Assembly: GCF_009914755.1 (NCBI RefSeq)
Contig: NC_060933.1
Strand: one strand, 5' to 3'
Origin: the human T2T-CHM13v2.0 reference genome, Homo sapiens
Length of the DNA stretch: 64,000 bases
Below the pieces are notes generated by a model that made no database searches, was not told the DNA's origin, and saw only the letters and a program-made list of their open reading frames with translations. Positions 30,601-47,249 of the stretch are shown one piece after another. A program made the position numbers and the translations under genes. Position 1 is the first letter of the stretch, and the number at the start of each line of letters is the position of its first letter.

Positions 30601-31309
30601 TAAATTAAAACCTTAATTAAACAATGAAAGAAGACAAAATTTAAAGCCCAAATTGGAAAAATATTCATGAATCAAAATACTAGAAGGCTAATATTTCTTA
30701 CAATAAGAACTCTTAGCCATCAATAAGAAAAGAGCAAATTTAATTGAATAAAAATATCAATAATCAATTTAGAAAAGTAAAAGAAGTCATACAATAATAT
30801 GTGTGGTCTCATATGGCATTATTTAAATAAAATATTCTTACCACCAGTTTCTTTCAAGAAAAGATAAAATTTTGTGTAAAGCTTCTTGTTTTTAAAATAT
30901 TGACTAAATTACAAAAAAAATGTTGGCCAAAAAAAATTAAAGAAAAGGCAACTCTCTGGGCCATGACTTTGTAAGCATGATTGAAAAAATTTAAGGATGA
31001 CTAGCTCCTTTATCAGACATCTAAGGATGTCTTCTAGGCAGCACCGAACAAGCTCTGCAGAGTTTGGGATGGCATACTTTGTGAGGATGACAGTTACTTC
31101 TCATGATTTACTTTCTTGAGACCACTATTAAATAGTACAATGGAATTGTTCTTCCATTAGTAGAATTTTCTGCAAAGTTTGAGATTACAACATTTGACAT
31201 GGTGAATGAGTAGAATTTTGGTAAATAATAAAAGTAATTAAATTTCTTACTATTCCAATGTCTACACAATATATAGTTACTTTTCAGGAGAAAAATACAA
31301 AGATGTACT

Positions 31310-32335
31310 GGTATTGTTTTTATCAGCTGTATTGAAATATATTTTGCAAACAATAAAATTCACTCTTTTAAAATGTATACTCCAAATTTTAAAAAATATA
31401 TGTATTCTTGTGTCACAAAAAAGTATGCATAACATTTCCATCACCCTGAAAGTTCCTTCCTGTCCTTTTACAGTTAATCTTCTCTTGCAGCCCCTAACTC
31501 TAACAATCACTGATTTGCATTCTGTTACTATTGTTTTGCCTTATTTTGATTATATAAATGGAATCATGAACTATGTGTTCATCTGTCTACATTCTTTCCC
31601 TTATTATTATTTTGAGCATCATCCATGTTTATACTGTATTTCAATAGTATGATTGAAGACTATATGCCATTGTATGATTACATGATAATTTGTTAATTAA
31701 TTCATCAGATAATGAGCATTTGGGTTGCTTCTGGTTTTTGGCTATTAAGAATAAAACAACTGCAAAACACTGCACATAGGTCTTTTTGTGGAAATATGTT
31801 CATTTCTCTTCGGTAAATATCTAGGAATGAAATTGCTAAGCTATTGGTCACTTGATTGAATGTTTAACTGTATAAGGAAATGGAATAGTTTTTAACATAA
31901 ATATACAATTTTGCATTCCTGTCTGAAATGTATGAGAGTTTGAGTTGCTCCACATCCTCATCAATACTTGATTTTATCTGTCTTTTTAACTTTAGCCATT
32001 TCAGTGGTGTAAAGTGCAATTCCACTGTGCTTTTAGTTTTCATTTCCTTAATGTTTAGTGATAATGAACACCTTTTCTTGTTCTTATTTGCCATAAATAT
32101 CTCTTCTTGAGTTAAGTGTCTGTTTCAATCTTTCACTTATTTGTTAATATTTGGGTTTATTACTTTTTAATTATTCATTTCTGAGAACCTTTTATATATT
32201 CTGGATACAAGTTATCAGGTATATGTTTTACAAATATTTTCTCCCAATTGGTATCATTTTGAGTTTCTTTAACAGTGCCTCTCAGAGAGCAAAATACTTT
32301 ACTTTTGACAAAGATCTTTTATCACTTTTAATTTT
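31310..32335 (-). mobile_element. L1M (L1MB/MC-like) 3' fragment
   Basis: aataaaattcactcttttaaaatgtatac; antisense ORF2 end (ORF 31864-32094 MANKNKKRCS...). Confidence 0.8.
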
Positions 32336-32337
32336 TT

Positions 32338-32661
<324 letters not shown>

Positions 32662-33234
32662 AGATCTTTTATCACTTTTAAATAAACATTTTAATGGTTT
32701 ATATATATTGCAGAAGTGGAAAGGTGGTGATTTTTTTCTTCCCCATCTTAAGGGTCCCAGGCAATACTACTATAACAGAAGACAGGTTAACAAGGGAAAA
32801 GCCAACAAATTTATTAATGTGCGTGAGCCTGGGATCCATTCAAAAAATACAAATAGTCAAAGAAAGACCAGATGGTTGAGGTTTAAAAACCCTCTTAATG
32901 GGGGAAGGAAGTAGGGATGTGGAAGTAAATTATTTTTAGTGGAAATGGATGATCCCAGGGAACGATGGTCTGGGATGAAATTTCTCTGAGCTCTGGGGAG
33001 ATGGTGATAAGGTGAGGGGTGGAAGTTTACTGTGAACAAAGATTATTTTATCATACAGATAAAATGCCCCAGGTAACCTCCTGGAGCTGTTCTCAAAAGA
33101 ATAGATAAAAATTTGTTGGGGCTTGGTGAAGTCCTCCAGTCTCTTCTTGAGCAGCTAATCTTTCCTGTTTATTTGATGAGATTCCAGGGATGAGGGGTTA
33201 AGACATTTGCATTTGTTCTGAAAAGAAATTTTCT

Positions 33235-33516
<282 letters not shown>

Positions 33517-33721
33517 AAAAAAAAAGAAGAAGAAGAAAGAAAGAAAAAAAAGAAGAAAGAGAAAGAAAGAGAGAAGGAAAGAAAAAGGAAGAAAGAGAGA
33601 GAAAGAGAAAGGAAGGAAGGAAGAAAGGAAGGAAGGAAGGAAGGAAAAAGAAGGAAGGAAAGAGAAAGGAAGGAAGGAAAGAGGAAGGAAGGAAGGAGGG
33701 AGGGAGGGAAGGAAGGAAGGA
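33517..33721 (+). repeat. ~205-nt pure polypurine (GAAA/GGAA/GGGA) tract
   Basis: No C or T seen between 33517 and 33721; expanded Alu tail. Confidence 0.95.
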
Positions 33722-33908
33722 TTGTCTTAGTTAAATAAGGAAATTTCAGAAAGAGTCACTCCCAGAGCTTCAGGAAAGAAAGAATGTCTCAGAAACAGGG
33801 AGGTGGGAGAGGGTCAGAGGGAGACCTTGAAGCTGCTTCTTTCGTTCGGTATGCCAAAATGTCATATTTTGGGGTGTTTTTTGAGCCCAGCATTATACAT
33901 ACAAATGC

Positions 33909-33913
<5 letters not shown>

Positions 33914-33942
<29 letters not shown>

Positions 33943-33970
33943 CTGTGTATCTGTGTCTGTGTATATGTGT
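33914..33970. repeat. (TG)n microsatellite
   Basis: Direct reading. Confidence 0.95.
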
Positions 33971-34006
33971 ATAAGTTTATATCCAGTATGGTAAAATATC
34001 GGATGA

Positions 34007-34424
<418 letters not shown>

Positions 34425-34499
34425 AAAACGTATTTTTATGAAGATACTGACTTAAGTTGAAAGGCCCCTTCTGAAAATGGACAGTGTATACCACTTCAC

Positions 34500-35570
34500 A
34501 CCATTTCTCTAAAGAAAATATATAAATGGCTAGTAAGTACATGGAAAGATGCTCAACATCACTAATCATCAGAAAAGTGGAAACGGGTGGATCACCTGGG
34601 GTCAGGAGTTCAAGACCAGCCTGGCTAACATGATGAAACCCCATCTCTACTAAAAATACAAAAAATTAGCCAGACTTTGTGGCACATGCCTGTAATCGTA
34701 GCTACTTGGGAGGCTGAGGCAGGAGAATCTCTTGAACCCAGGAGGCGGAGGTTTCAGTGAGCCGAGATTGCACTGCTGCACTCCAGCCCAGGCGACAGAG
34801 TGAGACTCCATTTCCATAAAAAAAGAAAAAAAAAAGGAAAGAAAAGTGAAAATTACATTTACTTTTTTTCATCAAGTAAGATAGCTATTATTAAGAAAAC
34901 GAAAGGGAAATAACTTTTTGAGAGGATGTGGTGAAATTAGAATTGTGTCTTGCTGGTAGGAGCATAAAATGGTACAGCCACTATAGAAGCAGTAATACAG
35001 TTCTTGGAAAAAAATAATAATAGAATTACCATATGATAAGCAATTATACATCCGGATATATACCCCCCAAAATGAAAGTAGAGATTCAAACAGATATTTT
35101 TACATTCATGCTCACAGAAGTCTTACTAACAGTAGCTAAAACATGGAAGCAATCAAGTATCAATTAACAGATGAAAGGTATATACCTAAAGTAGAATATG
35201 ACTGAGCCTTAAAAAAAGGAATGAAATTTTAAAATATACAGTAAGAGGGATGGCCCTAGAAAACATATGCTTACGCAAATAAGCCAGACACTAAAGGAAA
35301 AATATTGTATAATTCTACTCAAATAAGGTACATAGACTAGGCAAAATCATAGAGACAGAAAGTACAAGAGAAGTTACTAGGGGGAGTGGGGAGGAGTGAG
35401 GTTATTGCTTAATGGGTAGGGAGTTACTGTTGGAGATAAGTTTTAGATACAAATGGTAGTGACGGTAACACAACACTGTGGCTATATCTAATGCCGCTAA
35501 CAAATGGTTAAAGCACACTTAGGAGTGGTCAAAAGAAGTATTGTATATATTTTACCATAATAAAAAAGTT
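34500..35570 (+). mobile_element. L1MA/MB 3' fragment, interrupted by AluS
   Basis: atggaaagatgctcaacatcactaatcatcag...tagagacagaaagt...ttttaccataataaaaaa. Confidence 0.8.
34584..34840 (+). mobile_element. 5'-truncated AluS
   Basis: cgggtggatcacctg start; TSD-like agaaaagtg on both sides. Confidence 0.9.
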
Positions 35571-36261
35571 CCAAGCAAGGTATCCAACAAAGAGATACTT
35601 TCTATTTACCCATTAGATTAAAAATTAAGGAGAAAAAATGGAGAAGGAGAAACACGAGGACAAGAAGTGGTGATGGTAAAGGGTAATGGGTATGCCCACA
35701 CACTCATAGTGTCAGTACAATTGTATATACCTTTTTTGGATAGTATTTAGAAGTATCTATCAAAATTTTAAATGTATATAACTTCTGACATAATCATTAC
35801 ATTGTTAAGGGTCTGTACTATAGAAATAGTCACACAGGTATGCAAATATGCAGATAAATATTCAGAGAGAGAGATACTCGTTACAGAATTCTTTTAATAC
35901 TGAAAACTTACTGAATACTGAAATAATCTAAAGTTAATAGAGGACTATGAAGTAAACGTTGGTATGTTCACATAGTAGAATACTGAGATAAATTGATTAG
36001 CTTTTAACTTAACCCAAATATGTGTATCTAAACATTTTAGGGATAACCACGAAAAACAGAAAAAGAATGTAAGATTTCCAAATCAGTAGCAAAAAAAAGG
36101 AAGAAAAGAAATCATTCCACAAGAGTCAAGAAAAAGAGGAAGTTTTTCAGTTAAAAATACAAAATAATATTGTTAAAATAAATTCAAATATATCGGTAAT
36201 TTTAATAAACATTAATCAAAATAAAAATGGGACAGTATACAAACATATTTGTATTTTAGGT

Positions 36262-36570
36262 ATTTTTTTTTTTACAATTTCTCATGTTTTGTTTATTTTT
36301 ATTATTATACTTTAAGTTGTAGGGTACATGTGCACAACGTGCAGGTTTGTTACATATGTATACATGTACCATGTTGGTGTGCTGCACCCATTAACTCGTC
36401 ATTTACATTAGGTATTTCTCCCAATGCTAGCCCTCCCTGCTCCCCCCACCCCACGACAGGCCCTGGTGTGTGATGTTCCCCACCCTGCGTCCACGTGTTC
36501 TCATTGTTCAACTCCCACCCATGAGTGAGAACATACGGTGTTTGTTTTTCTGTCCTTGCGATAGTTTGCT
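36262..36570 (-). mobile_element. Short 5'-truncated L1PA 3' end
   Basis: attatactttaagtt...tgtccttgcgatagtttgct; no TSD visible. Confidence 0.93.
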
Positions 36571-36571
36571 C

Positions 36572-37049
<478 letters not shown>

Positions 37050-37067
<18 letters not shown>

Positions 37068-37250
37068 AGTTACTTAAAGACCAGCTATACATTTGTCATC
37101 TTACTATGTGTCCTTAGGCACAATCCATCACTTTTTAGAGCCTTCTCTTCCTACATGTACACTAGGCATAATATATACTTCACAGGTATTTGGGATGATT
37201 ATTTACAGAGAATGAAATGTAGCTAGCACAGTGTCTCATTTATATGTTAC
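37050..37250 (+). mobile_element. MIR
   Basis: cttactatgtgtccttaggcaca...tagcacagtgtctca. Confidence 0.55.
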
Positions 37251-38444
37251 TAGAATAAGAATATCTCTATAAAATTATGACTAAAATTTACTATTGGTAT
37301 ATGAACACAACCCAAATTAGTAAGTTCACTAATAGGGCTGTCCAATTTATGGAGGGTGCCCTTGGTTCTTTTTTTAGGCATAGCATGCATTTTCAAACAC
37401 TGCCTTCAGTTTTATAATAGAAAAGGTTAGTATTACTTGGGTGAACATGAGATGTATTATCTTCAGCAATTAGATTCACAAGATTCTTTGCTATTGGCAC
37501 CATTCTTTGAAAATAATTAAGGTGATAAAACACCCATTTGGATGTACTAGTAATAAGTTGGGAGGATTAGATATATAGTTGAGCTGGGATTAGGGGATTT
37601 TATCTCATTCTGTGTATATTATAGTACCTAGCATATTTTTGATAATGAATATTAATAATGAGAACTACAATAATTTCACTTTAGTGTTCTATGTAGAGTA
37701 CAGATGTAGCAGAAATTTCTGCTGAACTTTTTCTCCTAATGCAAATTTTGAGTATTACTTCCAATTTACCCCTGCTATTGACTGAATCTATGTTCTTCAG
37801 CAAATTATTTAATATCTCTGTACCTATGATTCCATCTATAAAATGGGGATAATAATACAGACCTATTTAATTATTCAGTTCTCCAAACTGCTGATACACT
37901 TTATTCAAGTTAATTAAATAGAAGGTACTTCAAGTTCAGTCTATTATTAAATATATTTATATGGTTTTGTGCAGTATGACCTACCAATTATAGACACTAA
38001 ATTGAACACAGAGAACAAAGATAAAATGAGTTTAAGATGGGTGTCTACTGCAGGCTAGCAATGGAGTTATAGGTTTTTTTTTTTAACATAGTACATAATA
38101 GATTATTCCAAGTTGCTAGATATGAGCATTTAAATATGAAAAAACTTCAAGATTGTTATCTTTTCCTTGATATAGTTTAAGTTTAGCTAAAATAAAAATA
38201 AAATGCTTTGTTTTAACATTTACATGTTTTACATGAATATTGATATAGTTTTCATATATTACAATATTTATTAAAACTAATGTATTAATAACTAATAATG
38301 ATGCCTTGATGTTTATATTTATGTTTCACTTTAAAATACTATCTTGAAGAAATAAAATGTCTGCCATAGATACAAAACACAATAGAATTAATAAAAGTAA
38401 TGGTGTTTTTCATCTTTAAAATGAAAATTAAAATGATGATTGAA

Positions 38445-38630
38445 CTAGTATCTATTATATGTCAGACACTATGTTAGGCAGTTTAAACATATTACTTGTA
38501 ATTCTTTGAAAAAAATGCTGTGAAGTAGGAATTTATAATTTAAATAAAGTAATTTGCCCCAAGTCACATAGCCAGTGATACAAGCCAGCTTTTTTGATCT
38601 TTGTGAATCCAGCCTAGGCTCATTCTTTAA
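38445..38630 (-). mobile_element. MIR
   Basis: tgtcagacactatgttaggc...aagtaatttgccccaagtcacatagccagt. Confidence 0.65.
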
Positions 38631-39179
38631 AATATTCTTCATGTAATTGACCTCACTTTTTCTTCTATTTTTTACCTAACATATCTCCTCACTAATGCAG
38701 ATATCCTCTCCACTTGTTTCTCTTTCTCTCTTTTTGATATACATCTTTCCTCAGGGAGAAATCTTTCCCAGTATGTCCAGTTTTGTGCCACCTTGCCACT
38801 CATTGATTCCTCCCAGTCTTTTATTTTTAATTTGCATGGTAGATGTAGCAAGTTATGTCCCAGTATCCACTTTTTTCTTTGATAAGGGAACCTATAAAAT
38901 TTAGCTGGTCGTTAAAGATGTTGTATCCCAGCTTCGCTTGCATTGGTTGTATTTATATAACTAAATTCTGATTTACCATAGAAGGCAGAAGAATCTTGTC
39001 ACATTCATCTTAAACTCACCAAAAGAGAAAGCATTGTGTGTTCTTTACCTTCATCTGTTTTGGCATTGTGTTTCATGTGAAGTTGATACCGCACCATTAC
39101 GGTAAGGCCACAGATAATGCAGCAAAAGGATAGAAGAAAGTTGGGTTCCCGACACTGTGGGGCACCATATCAGTACTGG

Positions 39180-40510
<1,331 letters not shown>

Positions 40511-41499
40511 ATTCTAGTCTGCTCTCTCAGACCTTTACATTTCAGACTCTGTTTAAAGCTCTCTTATTTGAGGTCTTCTGTCAAACAGAGCTAAAAGGTT
40601 TTAGGTAGACAAAGCACCCACCTTAGATTATGACACTTAATAAAGACTCAATAACAGTTGTAGTTATTATTAACAGTAGTGGTATTAATTATTCCTATTT
40701 ATAAAACATTCTCTTTCTCATGAATACCCTTTGTTTATAACTATTTTAGTGTTGTCAGCTATTTTAATTGCATACTCAAATGATGCACCAAAGTTCCATA
40801 TGGATAAACTTACTTCTTGAATATAGTTAGGTTGACTGGGAAAATCCAATTCAAAACAACTGCATTGCTTTTTCATGAGATTTAGCCTAAATCTCAAGGC
40901 AAAAACAAAATCATTTGTTTTGAATCCTTGTGACCAAAAACTATTTTCACAATAAAAATGTTTTTACAGTTCTATTCTCATCAGTTTGAACAAATTACCT
41001 CATGTAGACCAAGATTAGAAGAGTTACTGATGACATTAAATTTGTTAGGAAAATGACATTAAATTTGGTGGGAAGAGCTCACCAGCCTCTTTGCTAAGTA
41101 TTAGAGTAGATGGGATTGATGGCTTTGCTTAGTTAGAATGCTGGGTAGAAGACAGGGCACCAAATATGCCAGTAAGCCTGGTAAGAGGGAAGTAGGTTAA
41201 AAGGAGTCACACAGACTTATTCATCCTAACATAAAAATAGTGAATTTATAATTATAGAATTAAATAATTAGTACTAAGTGGAGGAGCAGAAATTCAAAAA
41301 GGATACAAGAGAGTTAATCTAAATTGTAGCGGTCAGTTTCTTAGACTCTATAAGAAATGTTGACAAATTCTATTCTCCTTTATTTGTCTGAGTTCTTTAA
41401 GAGGAGAAAACAAGTATTATATTGTCCCCCTGATGCTTAGCATAGTGACTTGCACCCAGTTGGCACTTCTTAGATGTTTGTTTTATTCTTTGCATAGGA

Positions 41500-41720
41500 A
41501 AATGCAAGACAAGATCAGGCAAAAATGAAATGAATTGAGAGCATACTGACACCCTCAAATAGCTGTCAAGGATTTAGAGGCCATGTCTTAAATGGTTTGG
41601 ACATCTGGTGAAGTAATACAAAAATAGAAACCCCAGTAGGGTTTTTTGAAACTGAAGTAGAAAGCAAGAGATCTAGAAGCAGCCCTTGAAATCCCTGTAG
41701 GAACATAATAAAGAAAAGAC
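41500..41720 (+). mobile_element. Possible ancient RTE-clade LINE fragment (L4/MamRTE-like)
   Basis: Degenerate frames read QDKIR..NELR and CLKWFGHLVK, resembling the RTE ORF C-terminal RDKIRNEEIR / RLKWFGHVxR motifs. Confidence 0.4.
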
Positions 41721-43004
41721 TTTAAATAGAAGCCTTGAACAGAAAACTTCATATGCTACAGGAGTTTAAAAAGGTGGAAGGAGTTTGTACCTCTGATAAT
41801 ACGATGAAGGTCTTTATTCTATATAGATATAGGAATTACAAGATTCATAAGAATAACTACTCACTTGAAAATATATGCAGTCAAACCCTGACCATTTAGA
41901 AACTATTTTCTGCATCTTCCTTCAGTATTTTTACATTTGTCTATGGGTAGAATTGTCTGCTTAAGACCTGTAACACTCTATTCTTTAGGCATTTCAGAAA
42001 CTAAGAATTTTTTGAAAAAAATCTGATACAAATATGTATCAACAAGTACTATGCATTATATAGATATAAATTAATTCACAAAAAGTATAATTACAATATC
42101 TGCAGAAAGTTTTCAAACTAATTTGTCACAGAATGTAAATATAATGGTAATACTTATTAAGTCTTAGTCCTAATTAACCTTTTTGCAACTCCTTTGTTTT
42201 GCCACAAATCTTTTAAATACATGTTTTAAACAAAAACTATAAATGCTATATTTTAAGGAACCAAGGTGTTCTTAGAATTCAATTCTAGTCCGTTTAAAAT
42301 CAAGAAGCGTAATATGCTTTAATTTCAGTGATAATAATTAGCAAAGGTGTTTTGCTTGTATTTCTCGTGCCTGAAAATCTAAAGCAAAAACAAAAAACAA
42401 AAATATCTGGTGTCAACAATTTGGTTAAAAACTAAGCAAAGGACCTAAATAAACATTTCTCTACATTCTTCAGCAAATAAATGCAGAGAAAGTTTGAAAC
42501 TCACTGACCCATCCAGGACATTTCAGTTCAGAACTAATTCAGTTCTGTTTTTATTTCAGATGTTATTATTTTTTTTCTTTTTATACTTTGTCACATTTTT
42601 GGTGTCTTTGAGTTCCCAGTGCCTCCCAAGCAGTGAGTTGTGAAACCTTTTGAGGCTGTTTGACAATGGACTATTGAACTGAAAAGAGAAAGTTTTACTG
42701 TATTCTCCTATGATGACATCCTCATCTTTTAGTGACTTCGTGTTCTGTTTACATAGGGGTTTTGACAAGTGTACCTTCTGAGGACAAGGAACTCAATGTG
42801 CTTTCTCAGCCATCTAATCAGCCAGGCGTCTGTACACATGAAAGCAGAACTGGCATTACAGTTAATGATCAAGCTCCCTGAGGTGAAGAGTGACTAGAAG
42901 ATATTTTTAAAATGACATTTATCTATTTTTTTAAAATTCTATAAATGTTTGTGGAAAATATGGGGTGAAAAGTTACCAGTCACAGGGGGTAGAGTATTTT
43001 TTTT

Positions 43005-43220
43005 TAGTTAGCTCAGGTTGCTATAACAAATAACCTTAGACAGACTGGTTTAAATCATGAACATTTTTTCTCACAGCTCTGGAGGCTGGGAAGTCCAAGA
43101 TCAAGGTGCCTACAGATCTGATGTCAGGGAAGGGCATACCCCCTGGATTAAAGTCAGCCATCTGCTTATTATATCCTCTTATGGCAGAGAGTAGAGAGCC
43201 ATCACCTCTCTCATGTATCA
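43005..43220 (-). mobile_element. MLT1A-like LTR, left part (split by L1M)
   Basis: gctataacaaatac...tctcacagctctggaggctgggaagtccaagatcaagg. Confidence 0.8.
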
Positions 43221-46200
43221 ACTTTATTTACTTTTAATTCATCTTATAACTGAAAATCTGTACTCTTTTGCCAGCATCTTCCTATTTCCCCCACACTTTA
43301 ACACCTGGTAACCACCCTTCTACTCTCTGCTTCTATGAGTTCAATTTCTTTAGATTCCAAGCATAAGTGAGATCATGCAATATTTGCTTTTGTGTGTCTG
43401 GCTTATTATACATAACACAATGTCACTGAGGTTCACCCATGTTGTTGCAAATGGCAGGTTTTTCTTCTAAGGCTGAACAATATTCCACTGTGTATATATG
43501 ACATTTTCTTTATCCATTGATCCATTGAAGGACCCTTAGATTGTTTCTACAATTTGTCTATTGTGAATAATGCTGCAGTGAACATGGGAGTGCAGATATC
43601 TCCTAGAGATAGTGATTTCTTTGGATATACACCCAGAAGTGGGATTTCTGGGTCATATGGTAGTTCTATTTTTAATTTTTTGAGGAAGCTCCATATTGTT
43701 TTCCATAATAGTTGTAACCAACTGACATTCCCACTAACAGTTTTCAAAGATTCCCTTTTTTCCACATCTTTGCCAACACTTTCTATTATTAGACTTTTTG
43801 TTAACGTCATCTAACTGTTGTAGGGTGATAGCCCATTGTTTTGATTTGTATTTCCCTGACGATTAGTAATGTTGAGCATTTTTTCATATACTAGTTGGCT
43901 ATTTGTAAGTCTCCTTGGGAAAAATGTTTCTTTAGGTTCTTTTCTTATTTTTTAATTGGGTTATTTGTATGTGTGTTTCTTTATTTGATATTGAGTTTCT
44001 TAGGTATTTCGGATATTAACCCCTTATTGGATATATGGTTTCAAGATATTGTTTACCTTGCTATGCTGAAACCGTTCAGCTTGATATAATCCTATCTGTT
44101 TATTTATGATTTTGTTGCCTGTGCTTTGGTGTGGTATCCAAAAACCATAGACCAATAGCAAGGAGTTTTTCTCCTATGTTTTCTTTTGGGAGTTTTATTG
44201 GTTTCAGGTCTACGTGTAAGTCTTTAATCCACTTCGAGTTGATTTTTCTATATGGTTTAAGATAAAGATAGAATTTCTCTCTTTGTTTTCTTTTTTGCAT
44301 TTGGATATCCAGTTTTCCTAACACAATTTATTGAAGAGAGGATTTTTTTCCTAATTGTGTGTTCTTGACAGTTTTGTCAAAAAAGTGTCAATTGTATATG
44401 TGTGAGTTTATTTCAGTAATTTCTATTCCGTTTCCTTGGTCTTCATGTCTGTTTTTATGCTAGTAGCATACTGTTTTAATTATTATAGTCTTCTGATATA
44501 ATTTGATATCAGGAAGTATGATGCCTCCAGTTTTGTTCTTCTTGCTCAAAATTATTTTAGCTTTTTGGAGTCTTCTATGGTGCCATATAAATTTTAGGAT
44601 TGTTTTTCTATTTCTGTGAAAAATATTTTTGACATTTTGATAGGGCTTGCATTGAATCTGTAGATAGGTTTAGGTAGTGTGGACATTTTAACAATGTTAA
44701 TTTTACCAGTCCATGAACAGAGGATGTCTTTCCATTTATTAGTGTCTCCTTCAATTTTTTTCATCAGTGTTTTATAGTTTTCCATGTACACATCTTTCAC
44801 CTCCTTGGTTAAATTGATTACTAAGGATTTTATTCATTTTGATGTTATTTGTAAATGAAATCATTTTCCTAATTTATTTTTTGTATAATTGGTTGTTAGC
44901 GTATGGAAATGCCCCTGATATGTTGATCTTGTATCCTGAACTTTGCTTAATTCAACTATTAGTCTGAAAAGATTTTTGGTGAAGTTCTTAATGGTTTTCT
45001 AGATTGTGTCATCTGCAAAAGAGACAGTTTTACTTCTTTCTCAATTTGTATGCCTTTTGTTTCTTTTTCTTACCTGATTTTTCTGCCTATAACTTCTAGT
45101 ACTATGTTGAATAGAAGTGGTGAGAGTGGGCATCTTTGTTTTGTTTCTAATCTTAGAGGCAATATTTCAGGTTTTCATTGTTGTATATGATGTTAGCTGT
45201 GGGCTTGTCATATATGGCCTTTATTGTGCTGAGGTACCCTTCTATACTTAATTTGTTGAGAGTTTTAATTATGAAAGGATGTTGAATTTCATCAAATGAT
45301 TTTCTACATCTAATGAGATGATCATACACTTTTTGTCCTTCATTCTGTTAATGTGATTTATCACATTTACTTATTTGCACATGTTGAATCATAAATCTCA
45401 TTTGAGCATGGTGTACAATTTTTTAATTGCTGTTGAATTTGATTTGCGAGTGTTGTGTTGAGGATATTTGCATCTATGTTTATCATAGATGAGCTGTAAT
45501 TTTCTTTTCTTGTAGTGTCTTGTTTGGTATCGGCATCAGGGTAATGTTGACCTTGCAAAATCAGTTTGAAATTGCTCCATGTTTTTCTACTTTTTGGAAG
45601 AGTTTAAGAATTGATGTTTGTTATTTAAATGTTTGGTAGAATTCAGCAGTGCACCCATCCCTCAGCTTTTCTTTAATGAGAGACTTTTTATTAGTGATTC
45701 AATCTCCTTACTCTTTATTAATCTGTTCAGATTATCCATTTCTTCACGACTCAGTTTTGGAAGGTGTTTTTTTGTTGTTGTTTTGTTTTTAAGAATACAT
45801 TTCTTCTAGGCTATTCAATTTGTTAGAATATAGTTGTTCATAGTTGTCTCTTATGATCCTTTATATTTATCTGATATCCGTTGTCAGGTCTTCTGTTTCA
45901 TTTATAATTTTATTTACTTGAATTTTATTCTTTTCTTCTTTGTCTAATCAAAGGTTTGTTAACTTTGTTTATCTTTTCAAAATGAACTCTTAGTTTCATT
46001 GATCTTCTAATTGTGTTTCCAGTGTGTATGTCATTTATTTCTGCTCTGATCTTTGTTATTTTCTTTTCTTCTACTAACTTTAGGCTTGGCTTTCTCTCTC
46101 CCTCTTTTTTTTTTCCAAATTCTTCAATATGTAAAGTGAGGTTGTTTATTTGAGATCTTTTTAATTTTTTTAAAGAAGTATGTATTTATTACTATAAACT

Positions 46201-47085
46201 TCCCTCCTAGAACTGCCTTTGCTGCATCTCGAAATTTTGGTATGTGTATTTACATTTTCATTTGTTTCAAGATAGTTTTGTTTCCCTTTCAATTTCTTCT
46301 TTGACCCATTGGTTGTCCCAGGAGTGTGTTATTTAATTTCCACGTAATTTTTCCAAAATTCACTTATTTCTGGTTTCATACCATTGTGGTTGAAAAATAT
46401 ACCTGATACCATTTTAATTTTCTTAAGTTTGTTAAGGCTATTTTGTGGCCTAACATATTATCTAATCTGAAGAATATGCCATGTGCACTTGTAAATAATG
46501 TACATTTTGCTGCTTTTGGATGGAATGTTCTGTGTATGTCTGTTAAGTTCATTTGACATAAAGTGTATTTTAAGACCTATATTTTCTTCTTGATTTTCTG
46601 CCTGGATGATCTATCCATTGCTGAAATTGGGGGTATTAAGTCCTCTACTATTATTGTATTGCTACAATAATAGTATTGAAGTGGGTTATTGAAGTTTCCT
46701 ATTATTATTGTGTGTTTCTCCCTTCAGATCTGTTCATATATGCTTTATATATTTAAATGCTTTGATGTTAGGTTCATATATATTTTCAATTGTTATATTC
46801 CCTTGATGAATTGACCCTGTTATATCATGAGATTCATTGTCTATGTTTACAAGTTTTGACTTAAAATGTATTTTGTTTAATATATTTAGCCACTTCTGAT
46901 CTCTTTTGATTACCAATTTCATGGCATATCTTTTTCCATCCCTTCACAGTCAGTCTTCACTATGTGTCCTTAAAGCTGAAGTGAGTCTTTTTAAAGCAGG
47001 ACTTAGTTGGGTCTTGTTTTTTTAAGCAGTCAGCCACTGTATGTTTTTATATTGGATAATATAATCAATTTATGAGATTAATCCA
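43221..47085 (-). mobile_element. ~3.9-kb L1MA-type element (ORF2 + 3'UTR)
   Basis: Antisense ORF2 remnants ([26 protein letters not shown]; LPYDPEIPLLGVYP). Confidence 0.92.
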
Positions 47086-47087
47086 TT

Positions 47088-47249
47088 AATCTTGTGTCTC
47101 TTCTTATAAGAGCACTGATTCCATTTATGAGACCTCTGCCCTTATGACCTAGTTACTTCCCAAAAGCCCCACCTCCAAATACCATCACATTGGGTATTTA
47201 GACTTCCACATACGAATTTTGGGGGACACAAATAGTCTGTCGATAGCAG
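47088..47249 (-). mobile_element. MLT1A-like LTR, right part
   Basis: tcttataagagcact...ccccacctccaaataccatcacattggg...gggggacaca...atagca. Confidence 0.8.

Noticed and set aside
28284-30605. Second THE1 provirus as an anomaly
   Set aside because: It has concordant LTRs and a normal 5-bp TSD; it is ordinary and serves as the internal control.
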